A stretch of 64,000 nt of DNA from Kofleriaceae bacterium (GTDB lineage Bacteria; Myxococcota_A; Polyangia; Haliangiales; Haliangiaceae). The translations under genes were made by a program, and so were the position numbers. The notes beneath the pieces were generated by a model. It did no database searches, was not told where the DNA came from, and saw only the letters and a list, made by a program, of their open reading frames with translations. This document shows positions 34,993 to 45,408 of the stretch, one piece after another. The stretch spans positions 156,063 through 220,062 of the forward strand of contig CBDCCZ010000010.1 in the NCBI GenBank assembly GCA_965215005.1, in the 5' to 3' direction. Each line of letters opens with the position of its first letter. The first letter of the stretch is position 1.

Positions 34993-35435
34993 GTGGACGT
35001 CTCTGGATTGGGTTGGTCATCGGGCTCTTGCTCGGCAACGCCGCAGCAATGGGCGTGCTGTTGGCCAAAGCCGGCGATACCAGCCAGCGCGTGTTGCCCG
35101 ATTACTATCGCCGCGCAGTGGCCTGGGACGAGACCGCCGCAGCCCGTCGCGCCAGCGCCGCGCTCGGCTGGTCGGTGGAGGCCAGTCTCGACGGTGTCGG
35201 TGCCCTCGTGAGTCTCGTAGATGCCACCGGCGCGCCAATACGCAACGCCCACGTTGCGGTCGCGGTGCGGCCGCGCAGCCGCGCTGACCACGTCCGCTCC
35301 GCGCGCTTGCAGGAGATTAGCGCAGGCCACTACCAAGGCGCGCTGCCGCTGGCGCAACCGGGGCTGCAAGAGCTCGAGCTGACCGCCAAACGCGGCGCCG
35401 ATACCTTTCTCTACACCACGGTCATCCAGCCATGA
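34989..35435 (+). CDS. ccoH: FixH/CcoH family protein
   Basis: N-terminal TM, PDYYRRAVAWD...ASAALGW; position after ccoG with ATGA overlap. Confidence 0.8.
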   Translation: MSGRLWIGLVIGLLLGNAAAMGVLLAKAGDTSQRVLPDYYRRAVAWDETAAARRASAALGWSVEASLDGVGALVSLVDATGAPIRNAHVAVAVRPRSRADHVRSARLQEISAGHYQGALPLAQPGLQELELTAKRGADTFLYTTVIQP

Positions 35436-36106
35436 TGGCGCTGCTCATCGGTGTGCTGATCGCCGGCGTCACCGCCAGTCTGCACTGCGCGGCCATGTGC
35501 GGCCCGTTTGCGGCGCTGTCGCAGCATCAATTCGGCTTCGCGCTCGGCCGCCTCGGCTCCTATATCGCGCTCGGCGCAGTCGCTGGAACGGTTGGCGCCG
35601 CGGTCAACGTGGCTGGAAATCTGGCCACCATAGGCCCGGTGGCGATGGCCCTCGCGGGCGCCGCAATGGTCGCATGGGGCGCCGCATCGATGGCTCGCGC
35701 GCTTGGCTGGCGTCGCAAGAGCGAGGGCACCGGAGCCACCCAGCCGATGCTGTTTGCGATTCGCCGCCGCCGAGGGGCCTGGCGCGGCGCGCTCATCGGA
35801 GCGTTCACCGTGGTTCTTCCGTGCGGTTGGTTGTGGGCCTTCGTGGTTATCGCCGCCGGCACCGGCGCGCCGCATACCGGCGCCGCTGTGATGGCAGCGC
35901 TATGGCTCGGCTCAACGCCTGCGCTGCTCGGCGCCGGCGCGACGTTGCGAGTGCTCGGACGGCGGCTGGGACCCCGATTGCCGATTCTCGTGGCCTCGCT
36001 GCAGCTCGCCATCGGCATCCTGGCGCTGGCAATGCGCGCCCCCATGCTCGACGCACCACCGCAAGCGGCCACCGCCGAAATTCCCACCGAGGCGTCGTGT
36101 CACTAG
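35432..36106 (+). CDS. Sulfite exporter TauE/SafE (DsbD_2) family cbb3 assembly membrane protein
   Basis: SLHCAAMCGP, GRLGSY, LPCGWLW and LGSTPAL. Confidence 0.9.
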   Translation: MMALLIGVLIAGVTASLHCAAMCGPFAALSQHQFGFALGRLGSYIALGAVAGTVGAAVNVAGNLATIGPVAMALAGAAMVAWGAASMARALGWRRKSEGTGATQPMLFAIRRRRGAWRGALIGAFTVVLPCGWLWAFVVIAAGTGAPHTGAAVMAALWLGSTPALLGAGATLRVLGRRLGPRLPILVASLQLAIGILALAMRAPMLDAPPQAATAEIPTEASCH

Positions 36107-38586
36107 AGTTGCTCCGAACGGCCGAGGAGACGCCGCGATGGCGGCCGCCACGCGCAGGTGCTGTCGACGTCGCGTGCGGTCACTGCCGCCTGCCGGTACC
36201 GATCTCGTTGCGCCGCCAGGAGGGCCCGTCGTTTTGCTGCCAAGGCTGCCGCACCGCACACGAGATCCTCCGCGGCGCGGGCTTCGATCAGTTCTATGAG
36301 CTTGCAGGTGACGAGCTCCGCGCTGTGCGCTCGACGGGACGTTCCTACGTCGAGCTCGATGATCCCGCGTTCCACGAGTTGAACGTGCACCGCCGCACCG
36401 ACGGCTACGCCGAGATCGCGCTGCTCCTCGAAGGCATCCACTGTGCCGCGTGCATTTGGCTCATCGAGAGCATTCCGAGCGCGTTGCGAGGTTTGCGCGA
36501 GATTCGCCTCGACATCGGCCGTGCCCGCGCCGATGTCACCTTCGACCCCGACGCGGTGTCGCTATCGATCATCGCGCGCTTCCTCGATTCCCTGGGCTAC
36601 CTCGTGCATCCGTTCCGCGGCGCCGACCGCGAGCGCATGTGCCGTCGCCAGGATCGCGCGCTGCTCATCAAGATCGCTGTCGCTGGCGCTGCCGCCGGCA
36701 ACATCATGCTGCTAGCCGCGGCGCTCTACGCCGGCATGTTCACGGACATGGCCACCGACGAGACGCGCCTCTTTCGCTGGGCGTCCATGCTGCTATCGCT
36801 GCCATCGCTCGCGTTCGCCGGACAGCCGTTCTTTCGCGGCGCGTGGGCAGCGTTGAAGATGCGCGTCATCCACCTCGACGTGCCGATCGCCCTCGGCATC
36901 CTAGTTGGCGCCGGCTGGGGCGCAGCCAACACCCTCCGCAACACCGGCGAGGTCTACTTTGACTCCATCGCCATGTTGGTGTTTCTGCTCTTGGTCGCCC
37001 GGCTGATGCAATCGCGTCAGCAGCGGCGTGCCGCTAGCGCCGCCGAGCTGCTGCTAGCGTTGACCCCTGGCGTCGCTCGTCGGGTCGAGGAAGGCGAAGT
37101 TCGCGACGTGTCGCTCGCCGCGCTGCAGGTCGGGGATATCGTCGAGGTGCGCGCCGCCGATACCTTTCCGGTCGATGGCGTCATCATCGAGGGGCGGTCC
37201 GCGGTGGATCTCGGTCTGCTTACCGGAGAGTCGCGGCCGATCGACGTCGACGTCGGCGACACCGTCGCTGCCGGCACCGTCAACCTCGGGGCGCGCTTGC
37301 TGGTGCGTGCCGCCGCCACCGGCGAAAGCACGCGCATCGGCCGCATCGCGCGCACCGTGGAGGAGCAATCGCGCCGCCGCCCCGCCATCGTTCACTTCGC
37401 CGATCGCGTGGCGGCACGCTTCGTGGTCGGCGCCATCGGACTTGCCGCGCTAACCGCTTTGCTATGGGCGACTGTCGATGTGCAGCGTGGCATCGAGAAC
37501 GCAATGGCACTCCTCATCGTTACCTGCCCGTGTGCTCTTGGGTTGGCAACACCGATGACGTTCGCGGTTGCGATCGGCCGCGCCGCGCGCCGCGGCATCC
37601 TCATCAAAGGCGGCGATGCACTCGAGCGCCTGGCTCGCCCGGGATGGGTGTTCCTCGATAAAACCGGCACCCTCACCCAAGGCGCGATGCAGCTCGTGCA
37701 GTGGCACGGCGATCGCGCCGCGCAGTCGCTAGCGCTCTCGCTCGAGCGCCATAGCGCTCATCCGCTGGCGCGCGCCCTCGTCGAGGGGCTCACCGCCGCC
37801 GGCGTCGAGGCCGACGAAGCCGAGGATGTGCGGGAAACACTGGGCGGCGGCGTGACCGGCTCCATTCGCGGCAGCGAACTCATCATCGGCTCACCCAGCT
37901 TCGTTTTCGACCGCGTCGGCACCCTCGGCGACGTTGGACGACAGGTCGATGCGCTTGCTGCCGATGGCGTGACGCCGGTCGTGATCGCCGTCGCGGGCGT
38001 CGTCGTGGCCGTGGCGGGGCTCGCCGACCGGCTGCGCACCGACGCTGGCGAGACAGTGTCACGCTTGCGCGCGGCCGGCTGGGAGGTTGCGATTCTATCG
38101 GGCGACGATCCTCGCGTCGTCGCTCGCGTGGCACGCGAGGTGGGCATCGATCCCCGGCGCTGCCGCGGCGGCGTGACGCCGGAGGAAAAGTTAGCGGCGG
38201 TGCGCGCGGCGCGGCTTCAGCAACCGGTCGTCATGGTAGGCGACGGCGTCAACGACGCCGCTGCGTTGGCCGCGGCCAACTGCGGTATCGCCGTCCACGG
38301 CGGCGCCGAGGCAGCCACCAGTGTCGCCGATGTCGTTATTACCGCTCGCAGCCAAAATTCTGGCCTCAGCCCGGTGGCCGACGTCATCGAAGGCGCGCGC
38401 ATGACGCTGCACGTGATCCATCGAGCCCTGGGCATCTCGCTCGCGTACAACCTGTTTGGTGCGGCACTCGCCATCGCCGGCGTCATTCACCCACTCATCG
38501 CAGCTCTGATGATGCCGGTCAGCTCGCTATCGGTGGTGTCGAGCGCTGCTTGGACTCGAGCGTTTCGTGGAAAGCGTGCGTCATGA
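36097..38586 (+). CDS. ccoI: Copper-translocating P1B-type ATPase CcoI
   Basis: CGHC...FCCQGC, IHCAAC, LTGES, TCPCALG, DKTGTLT, HP, GDGVNDA, YN and M..SS. Confidence 0.95.
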   Translation: MSLELLRTAEETPRWRPPRAGAVDVACGHCRLPVPISLRRQEGPSFCCQGCRTAHEILRGAGFDQFYELAGDELRAVRSTGRSYVELDDPAFHELNVHRRTDGYAEIALLLEGIHCAACIWLIESIPSALRGLREIRLDIGRARADVTFDPDAVSLSIIARFLDSLGYLVHPFRGADRERMCRRQDRALLIKIAVAGAAAGNIMLLAAALYAGMFTDMATDETRLFRWASMLLSLPSLAFAGQPFFRGAWAALKMRVIHLDVPIALGILVGAGWGAANTLRNTGEVYFDSIAMLVFLLLVARLMQSRQQRRAASAAELLLALTPGVARRVEEGEVRDVSLAALQVGDIVEVRAADTFPVDGVIIEGRSAVDLGLLTGESRPIDVDVGDTVAAGTVNLGARLLVRAAATGESTRIGRIARTVEEQSRRRPAIVHFADRVAARFVVGAIGLAALTALLWATVDVQRGIENAMALLIVTCPCALGLATPMTFAVAIGRAARRGILIKGGDALERLARPGWVFLDKTGTLTQGAMQLVQWHGDRAAQSLALSLERHSAHPLARALVEGLTAAGVEADEAEDVRETLGGGVTGSIRGSELIIGSPSFVFDRVGTLGDVGRQVDALAADGVTPVVIAVAGVVVAVAGLADRLRTDAGETVSRLRAAGWEVAILSGDDPRVVARVAREVGIDPRRCRGGVTPEEKLAAVRAARLQQPVVMVGDGVNDAAALAAANCGIAVHGGAEAATSVADVVITARSQNSGLSPVADVIEGARMTLHVIHRALGISLAYNLFGAALAIAGVIHPLIAALMMPVSSLSVVSSAAWTRAFRGKRAS

Positions 38587-38765
38587 GCATCCTCTACCTG
38601 ATTCTTCCTCTGATGCTATCGATCGCCGGCACGGCCGTCGCCGCCTTCATTTGGGCGGCGCGACGCGGACAGCTCGACGATCTCGACACGCCACCGCTTC
38701 GCATGCTCGGCGATGAGCCGCGCGTGACGCGATCGGAGACGGGCAGACGTGGCACCTCGTCGTGA
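38583..38765 (+). CDS. ccoS: cbb3 oxidase maturation protein CcoS
   Basis: MSILYLILP...[21 protein letters not shown] signature. Confidence 0.93.
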   Translation: MSILYLILPLMLSIAGTAVAAFIWAARRGQLDDLDTPPLRMLGDEPRVTRSETGRRGTSS

Positions 38766-38848
38766 GGCGCCAGCTCGACGCGCCACTGCATCCGCAATCT
38801 CTGCTCGCGCCATTGACCAGAGCAACCCGCGCATGCTTTCAAGCAAGC

Positions 38849-40135
38849 ATGCAGCGCGTACCTCTGCTTTGCCTTCCCTTCTTGGTCAGCTGTGTCGCCG
38901 AGCCATCGGACCGATCCGCCAACGACGCGGAAACGGAACGCGTTGCCGATGTCGCAACCGAAGCAGCGCCTAACCAGCTCCTCCAGGACCAGCCGCTCGG
39001 CGCGAGCGACGTCGCCATCCTTCTGCCCATGGACGACGCCGTGGTCATCGCCGCCAGTGATCGCCCCGGAGGCACCGCGCTGCTAGCGCGCAGCTGGATT
39101 GAAGAGGTCGCGGCTGCCTTTGCAAGAACCTCGGTCGGCGACGCTTTCGAGCTCGAGAACTATTACGAGGACTGGCGGCTGGTGAGCCTCCGCGTGAGCC
39201 CGTGCGCCCCGCTGGGAGTGTTTCCGGGGCACGAGCCCGACGCGCTGTGCTGGCCGCAAGTGCGCCTGGTCTGGCAGCCGGTCCTCGCCGACCTCGACGT
39301 CGGCTGGACCATCTTCGACTTCTACGGCGATGATCGCGCGATTCACACCCTCTATGACTGGTCGAGCGCCAACGCGCCAACCGGTTTGGCGATGGCACGC
39401 GCGATTCGCAGTACCCTCGCCAGCGGCGGCTCATCCACCAACCTGCCCGCCGAGCTGCGCGCCGACTTCGAAGCAGCGCGCGACGTTGCCGCCGGCGAGG
39501 TCATCACCGAGCTCCTCGCCTTGCGCGGCGCGCTCTCCGCCGATGCGTGGGATGCACTCGACCTCCGGCCCGAGCTGCTCGCCAGTGCCGATGAGGCCGC
39601 CGCATTCGGCACTCGCCTGCGCGCATGGCTCGGCATCCGCGCCCAGCCGCAACGACTCACCGAGCTGACCTCGTTCTCACTGCCCGCGGGCCGCGTTCCC
39701 GCCCTTCTCGATCAATGGGCGTTCATCGCCTTCACAGCCAATGATGGTGTGCTCTCGCAGCGCGACCTCGAGATCCGCAGTCGCCAAACCGGCGCCGTGC
39801 TCGCTGCGCTGCCCGGCGCTCAAGTCGTCGATACCTCCGCGGAAGATCCGCGCCTCGTCGATGCATTGGCCGGAGCCGCCGGTTCCGAGCTCGCCGAGCA
39901 AGTCATCTTTAGCCCCGCCGACGCCGCTCGACTCGGCGACACCATCACCGATCCCCGCCAGACCCTAATCCCGAACACCAGCTGCGCATCCTGCCATCGC
40001 TTCGGTCAGCTGCGCTTCGACTTCCACAACCTCTCCCACTTGGAAGAGCGCGAGCACACCATCTCGCCGCGCGTAAACCGCGACGTCGAGCGCGATCTTG
40101 ATTGGCTAATGGACTGGCAAGCACGCCAGGAGTGA
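38849..40135 (+). CDS. Hypothetical lipoprotein with a C-terminal CxxCH heme-c motif
   Basis: LVSC lipobox; PNTSCASCH near the C-terminus. Confidence 0.7.
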   Translation: MQRVPLLCLPFLVSCVAEPSDRSANDAETERVADVATEAAPNQLLQDQPLGASDVAILLPMDDAVVIAASDRPGGTALLARSWIEEVAAAFARTSVGDAFELENYYEDWRLVSLRVSPCAPLGVFPGHEPDALCWPQVRLVWQPVLADLDVGWTIFDFYGDDRAIHTLYDWSSANAPTGLAMARAIRSTLASGGSSTNLPAELRADFEAARDVAAGEVITELLALRGALSADAWDALDLRPELLASADEAAAFGTRLRAWLGIRAQPQRLTELTSFSLPAGRVPALLDQWAFIAFTANDGVLSQRDLEIRSRQTGAVLAALPGAQVVDTSAEDPRLVDALAGAAGSELAEQVIFSPADAARLGDTITDPRQTLIPNTSCASCHRFGQLRFDFHNLSHLEEREHTISPRVNRDVERDLDWLMDWQARQE

Positions 40136-40138
40136 TCA
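40040..40138 (+). repeat. ~100-bp direct repeat, copy 1 (3' end of the CxxCH gene)
   Basis: TTGGAAGAGCGCGAGCACACCATCTCGCCGCGCGT...GCCAGGAGTGATCA recurs at 43295-43394. Confidence 0.92.
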
Positions 40139-40335
40139 TAGTTAATCAGTCCGCTGATTCAACACCGGCTGTGAAGGGGAAGGGTTACACGCCTATTGTC
40201 GAGCCAGCCACTTTCGGCCTCCTGCGCTCCAGCCTCGCATTCATGTGAGGGTGCCTCGAGGGAGGGTGCATCTAGACTGAAAGACGAATCGCAACGAGGC
40301 AGACAGCGGCCTCTTGCGACCGTAGAATCGTCCGT

Positions 40336-40698
40336 ATGGCGAAGCCGGCATCACCCATCCACGGCGCCACATTTGAGCTTGGCGCAATCGCAGACGAGCT
40401 CCGACAAGAACCCACCTACGCAAGCGAAGGCCAAGCCGCGCGTACGCTGGTGCGGGAACCGGACCTGCGTATCGTCCTGGTCGCGCTGAAGAACGGACGT
40501 CGCATGGCCGAACACCATGCCGAGGTAACCGCTACCGTGCACACGCTCTCCGGGCAGGTCCGCCTGCGCCTGCCGGAGCGCGCGGTGGAGCTGCCGGCCG
40601 GGCAACTTCTCGTACTTGGACGAGGCCTGCGGCACGATGTGGAGGCTCAGGCGGACAGCCTCCTCTTGCTCACCCTCGGCTGGACCACCGACGCTTGA
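40336..40698 (+). CDS. Cupin domain protein
   Basis: ARTLV..PDLRIVLVAL, MAEHHA, TLSG, G.LLVL..GLRHDVEA. Confidence 0.85.
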   Translation: MAKPASPIHGATFELGAIADELRQEPTYASEGQAARTLVREPDLRIVLVALKNGRRMAEHHAEVTATVHTLSGQVRLRLPERAVELPAGQLLVLGRGLRHDVEAQADSLLLLTLGWTTDA

Positions 40699-40714
40699 AA
40701 GCCGCAGCTGCGCT

Positions 40715-40885
40715 CACTTTCGTCTTGTCTGCGTGTGGCACATAGGTCGGGTTCGGCGCGGTATGTTCCCTCGAGCACCGGAAGCGCCACCTTGAGCACT
40801 ACCGTGTAGACCAAGAGACCAAAGGCCCACACGCCGGCGGTGACCTTCCATTCTGCGAGGGTTGGGAAGTACTCCACCAGTTCTC
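40715..40885 (-). pseudogene. C-terminal remnant of an NrfD/DsrP-like membrane subunit
   Basis: ELVEYFPTLAEWKVTAGVWAFGLLVYTVVLKVALPV resembles the last helix (EY.P...EW) of NrfD-family proteins; no upstream part is present. Confidence 0.5.
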
Positions 40886-41153
40886 GGATAGCGCGGGCAA
40901 GGACACGTTCACCGGCGCCATTGGGGTTCGCTACCATCACCAGCTCGCTAGTGGCGCTTGGCTGCGCCCCGGCATTGCCTACGCGACGGCGCTAGACGAC
41001 CCATGGCCGCGTCCTCCTATCACATCCTGTTCGTGGACGTTCCCCTCGCGTTCTAGAGAAGATGACGTCATAAAACACTCCGCACCCAAACCTCCCAGCG
41101 TCACTTGGATCCAACCGCTGCTCGAGGAGGACGGCTAGAGCCGCGAACACGTC

Positions 41154-41660
41154 ATGCGCGCCGCCTACCTATTCTCGGTATGGGTCCACATTCTCGCGGC
41201 CATCACTTGGATTGGCGGAATCCTGTTTCTCGTCCTGGTGGTGGTGCCCTGGCTCCGCGGCGGCAATCAGGAGCAGGGGGCAAGGTTTCTGCGCGAAACG
41301 GGGATCCGCTTCCGCACCGTGGGTTGGTGCTGCTTCGCGGTGCTCGTCGTTACGGGTAGCTTCAACCTGTGGATGCGTGGTGTGCGTCCGGGACATTTCA
41401 CCGACCCCGGCTGGCTCACGTCGTCGTTCGGCAAGGCCGTGACGCTGAAAATCGGGCTCTTCATGCTGGTGCTCGCCGTCAGCGCGGTGCACGACTTCGT
41501 CTTGGGTCCGCGGGCGGCCGCGCTCCTCGAGACGAACGCCTCGTCGCCCGAGGCGCAAAACATGCGCCGAGCCGCGTCTCGCTTGGGGCGCGCCAATGCG
41601 CTCCTGGCCCTGCTCCTGGTGGCCGTCGGCGTCGTTCTGGTCCGCGGGTGGCCGTGGTGA
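41154..41660 (+). CDS. CopD/DUF4149-like membrane protein
   Basis: VHILAAITWIGGILF, VVTG, LKIGL and VHDFVLGP. Confidence 0.8.
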   Translation: MRAAYLFSVWVHILAAITWIGGILFLVLVVVPWLRGGNQEQGARFLRETGIRFRTVGWCCFAVLVVTGSFNLWMRGVRPGHFTDPGWLTSSFGKAVTLKIGLFMLVLAVSAVHDFVLGPRAAALLETNASSPEAQNMRRAASRLGRANALLALLLVAVGVVLVRGWPW

Positions 41661-41679
41661 GCGCAGGAGAACACGCAGA

Positions 41680-42855
41680 ATGAAATCCGAGCCGATCCAG
41701 GCGCGTCTGTCCGCCGCGGTGTGGGAGCTACCCTTCCGCCCCTTCTTCCTGGGCGGGACGGCCTTCGCCGCCCTGCTCGTACCGCTGTGGATCGCCGTGC
41801 TCCTCGGTGCCTTGCCGTGGATCCTGCCGGCAGGCGTCAACCCCCTCCTTTGGCACGGACACGAGATGGTGTTCGGCTTCGGCCTAGCCATCATCGTCGG
41901 TTTTCTCGGTACGGCGAGCCAGACGTGGTCGGGACAGCGCGGGCTGCACGGCTCTCGCCTGGTCCTGCTGTTTTCGGTGTGGCTCGTGGGCCGTTTGGCC
42001 TTCGTCATCCCTGGCCTGTCCGTGGCCTGGCGTCTGGCGCTGGAGCTGCCCTGGCTGCCGCTCGCGGGCTGGTGCCTGTTCCCGCACCTCCGCGCGGCGG
42101 GCCGGCGCAACCTGGTATTCCTCGCCCTGCTCGGCGTGTTCTTCGTCCTCGACCTGGTGGTTCACCTGGACATGCTGGCGATCGTCATCGGCCACGGACG
42201 CCATGCTCTGTACCTCGCCGTATACGTCATCGTCCTCATGGTGTCGCTCATCGCCGGTCGGGTCGTTCCGTTCTTCGTCGCGAAGGGCCTCGGCTTCCCC
42301 GACCAGCGGCGTCCGCCGGCGATCCTCGACGGGGCTTGCACGCTCGGCCTCGTGCCGGTGGCGATCGTCGCCACATACGGGCCAGAGGGGCTGGCAGCGG
42401 CGACACTGGCCTTCGTCTTCGCTGCGCTTCACCTGTGGCGGCTCGTCTCCTGGTTCCGCCCTAACATTCTGCGCAACCCCATGCTGGCCATCCTCGTGGC
42501 CGCATACGCCTGGATGCCAGTTGCGCTGGTGCTCACGGGGCTGGCGCTGATGGGCATGGTGGTGCCGTGGCTCGCCTTGCACGCCTTCACCGCCGGCGTC
42601 ATGTCCGTCATGATTTACGGCATGGTGTCGCGAGTGTCGCTCGGACACACCGGACGCGCCATTCGCGCCGACGCGTGGCTCGTCGGTGGATTCGTCGCCA
42701 TTAACGCCGCCGCGACGGCGCGCGTGCTCGTGCCGCTGTTAGCTAGCCAGTTCTATGTGGCTGGGCTCATCTCGTCCGCAATTCTGTGGAGCGGCGCCTT
42801 CGGCCTGCTCTTCGTCCGCCTGCTTCCCCTGCTCCTTCGCCCCCGGCCATCATGA
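41680..42855 (+). CDS. nnrS: NnrS family protein (nitrosative stress)
   Basis: FRPFFLGG, WHGHEMVFGF, GFL.TA..TW, AGRVVPFF, ALHAFTAG and SRVSLGHTGR. Confidence 0.93.
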   Translation: MKSEPIQARLSAAVWELPFRPFFLGGTAFAALLVPLWIAVLLGALPWILPAGVNPLLWHGHEMVFGFGLAIIVGFLGTASQTWSGQRGLHGSRLVLLFSVWLVGRLAFVIPGLSVAWRLALELPWLPLAGWCLFPHLRAAGRRNLVFLALLGVFFVLDLVVHLDMLAIVIGHGRHALYLAVYVIVLMVSLIAGRVVPFFVAKGLGFPDQRRPPAILDGACTLGLVPVAIVATYGPEGLAAATLAFVFAALHLWRLVSWFRPNILRNPMLAILVAAYAWMPVALVLTGLALMGMVVPWLALHAFTAGVMSVMIYGMVSRVSLGHTGRAIRADAWLVGGFVAINAAATARVLVPLLASQFYVAGLISSAILWSGAFGLLFVRLLPLLLRPRPS

Positions 42856-42865
42856 GGAGGACGCC

Positions 42866-43357
42866 ATGATTACGACCATCGGACGCACTAGCTCATCCCC
42901 TGGCGAGCTGGTGGACCTTCTACTCGCGAGTCACGAACGCATCAGGAGGTTCATCGGAATGGCTCGCGCCGCTGCCGGAGCCTAGGATGTCGCCGATAGC
43001 GAGGTGATAGACACCTGCGCCCGCGTCGAGCGCTACTTCGTCGAATCACTGCCCCTGCACGTGGAGGACGAGGAGGCCCGTATCCTGCCTCGCCTCGAGG
43101 GCCGCTCCGCCGAGGTCGACCAAGCGCTGGCGCGCATGCACGGCGCCCATCCGCAGCACCAGCAAGCAGTCGACGCCCTCATCGCCGCTTCGAGCGCCGT
43201 GCGCGCCGCTCCCCGGGACGCGGCATCGCGCGCCGCGCTCCACGATGCAGCGGACGCTCTTGCCGACATTCTGCTGCCGCACCTCGTGCTCGAGTTGGAA
43301 GAGCGCGAGCACACCATCTCGCCGCGCGTGAACCGCGATGTCGGGCGCGACTCTTGA
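42866..43357 (+). pseudogene. Hemerythrin-domain protein with an in-frame TAG (42983-42985) and a replaced C-terminus
   Basis: LLASHERIRRF, YF...LPLHVEDEE, H..H and LPHL..LEE; both halves share one frame; the tail comes from the direct repeat. Confidence 0.8.
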
Positions 43358-43394
43358 TTGGCTAACAGACTGGCAAGCTCGCCAGGAGTGATCA
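43295..43394 (+). repeat. ~100-bp direct repeat, copy 2
   Basis: Diverged copy of 40040-40138 (a few substitutions and one inserted base). Confidence 0.92.
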
Positions 43395-43414
43395 GCGGGC
43401 CGCCACACTTGCTG

Positions 43415-45049
43415 CTAGCGCGATTCGCTCAAGCAGGCGCGCAGGCGATAGAGGGCGCGCGCGGCGTCGGCGCGCGTAGTCGGCTGGTTGGGAGAAAAGC
43501 GCAGCGCTCCGCTGTCGTCGGGGCGCTGGAAGGCGATGCGGCAGTACTCGGTCATGTTGGCGATGCGGGCTTCGGCCCAGTGACCGATCGTATCGTCATA
43601 GACGGTGGCCAGACGCGAATCGCGCGGGTCGCTCGCGCCGGCGACGTGTGCCACGAAGTAATCAATGGCTTCCTCGAAAATCACCACGAGCTCGGCGCGT
43701 GTGACCGGATCGCGTGGGCGGAAGCGGCGCGCCTGGCTGGTGATGAGGCCAGCCTCCCGGGCCCACTGCACGCGCGGGGCAAACCAATCGCTAAGCGCGA
43801 CATCCTCATAGAACGGATTGGTCGCCGCGCTCGGCATCTCAATGGCGCCGCCGCTGGCGTCGGCAAGGGCGCCACCCACGATATGAACGAGCTGTGCGCG
43901 GGTGAGCGGACGGGATGGACAAAACTTGCCACCGCCACAGCCAGCCAGCGCGCCGTCGCGAGCGAGCTCGAGGATCTCGAACAACTCATCGTAAGGAGCG
44001 CCGTAGGTCGACTCGGTGAGATCAGAAAACGCGACCGGAGGCGCATCGAGCGGCGCGTTCAAAACCGTGCTGTCGAGCGATCGAATGCCGGTCTGCGGGT
44101 CCATCTGGTAAGGCACCGAGCGCTGCAGGAAGTACGTGTACCAACCTTCAGTGCCCTGGGTGAAGTCGAGCACCCAGCGAGGGTCGGGCAACGGCGCATC
44201 GCTCACGCGACGGCGCGCCGAGAAGCGGCGGTCGCTGTAGTACCAAAGCTCGACGAAGTCGGTCATCGCGGCCAAGCGATACACGTCGGTGGCGGTGGCG
44301 CCGCCCGTGCGCTCGAAGACCAGGCCGCGGTCCACGACCACGGCTGCGTGCACGGCTTCGCAGTAGCTGTTCTCGGGATCGTAGCAATCCGAGGCTACGA
44401 CGACGTCGCCCTGCGCTAGCGTCTCGATGGCCGTGGCGAGCTCTGCGGCGCTGGCGAAGGTTCGGGTATCGGCCCATGTCGGCACCTGAGCCCAAAACAT
44501 CTCATCGTCGAACCAGGCGAGGACGTCGTCGACCGAGTTCTGAAACACGCGCAGCGCATCCGGGGCAGCGCGGAAGATCTCGTACACGGTCGACCAGCAG
44601 TTGGTCTGCAAGCTGAAGTTGGCCGGCAGCCCTTCGATGTCTTCAGAGGAGAAGCCAATATTTTGATCGATGGTGGCCTGTGCAACGGGCCATAAGAAGT
44701 CGCTCAGGCGGTAGCTGTGCGTTGCCGAGAAGCGCACGTCGGAAACGTTGCCGTACGCGCGGCGCACAGCCGCATGCTGCGCTTCGGTAAGAGCGGGCAG
44801 CTCGATCCGCACCACCGATTTATCGAACTCGTCACCGACGATCGGGCGGCGCGTCGCAACGTAGTTGACCCCAAGTGCATCCAGCGACGAGACGCGAACG
44901 TCCGGGGCCGGGATGGGCGCACCAAGAGCGAGCTCGGCCGTGTCTCTCGCCGCCTCGTTTTCTGCCAGAGGCCCCGCCGGAGCCCCTGGCGAATCGGCGC
45001 AGGCAGTAACGAGGACGACAGCGATTGCGATGACAGTGGTGCGTGACAC
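43415..45049 (-). CDS. Lipoprotein with C-terminal S-layer homology (SLH) domains
   Basis: VTAC lipobox; FCPSRPLTRAQL, FRPRDPVTRAEL, FSPNQPTTRADAA and D..GHWA. Confidence 0.82.
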   Translation of the reverse strand: MSRTTVIAIAVVLVTACADSPGAPAGPLAENEAARDTAELALGAPIPAPDVRVSSLDALGVNYVATRRPIVGDEFDKSVVRIELPALTEAQHAAVRRAYGNVSDVRFSATHSYRLSDFLWPVAQATIDQNIGFSSEDIEGLPANFSLQTNCWSTVYEIFRAAPDALRVFQNSVDDVLAWFDDEMFWAQVPTWADTRTFASAAELATAIETLAQGDVVVASDCYDPENSYCEAVHAAVVVDRGLVFERTGGATATDVYRLAAMTDFVELWYYSDRRFSARRRVSDAPLPDPRWVLDFTQGTEGWYTYFLQRSVPYQMDPQTGIRSLDSTVLNAPLDAPPVAFSDLTESTYGAPYDELFEILELARDGALAGCGGGKFCPSRPLTRAQLVHIVGGALADASGGAIEMPSAATNPFYEDVALSDWFAPRVQWAREAGLITSQARRFRPRDPVTRAELVVIFEEAIDYFVAHVAGASDPRDSRLATVYDDTIGHWAEARIANMTEYCRIAFQRPDDSGALRFSPNQPTTRADAARALYRLRACLSESR

Positions 45050-45408
45050 GTCAAATGACGCATTGCAAACGCGGCGCCGCTCACGCTGCCTCCGCTCGCG
45101 GGCCGCGGCGCCGGCTGCAGCTACGCGAGATCACGCACCAGCGCCGCTCCCCGCCAGCGCCAGCGGCTGTCGAGCAGACGCCACCAACGGCTCCGCACGC
45201 CCCGACGGCAACCGCACTGTCCGGCGCTCGCAGTTGCGCCTTCCACCAGCCGACACCTCGCCACCCGAGCAGCCAACCACCCTCCGCGCATGCGGTCGGC
45301 GAGCCTTAGCCGAACGTAAGCTCATCGGCCGAGCAAATGCTGCTCGAGGAACTGGACCGTGAGGAGCTGATAGATGTCTCGGTTCTTCTTCTATGCTCGA
45401 GCAGCCGC

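Noticed and set aside
42983..42985. In-frame TAG in the hemerythrin gene as possible pyrrolysine or stop-codon recoding
   Set aside because: TAG is an ordinary stop in many genes here, no pyl genes are present, and the gene is also damaged at its 3' end; a simple nonsense change is more likely.
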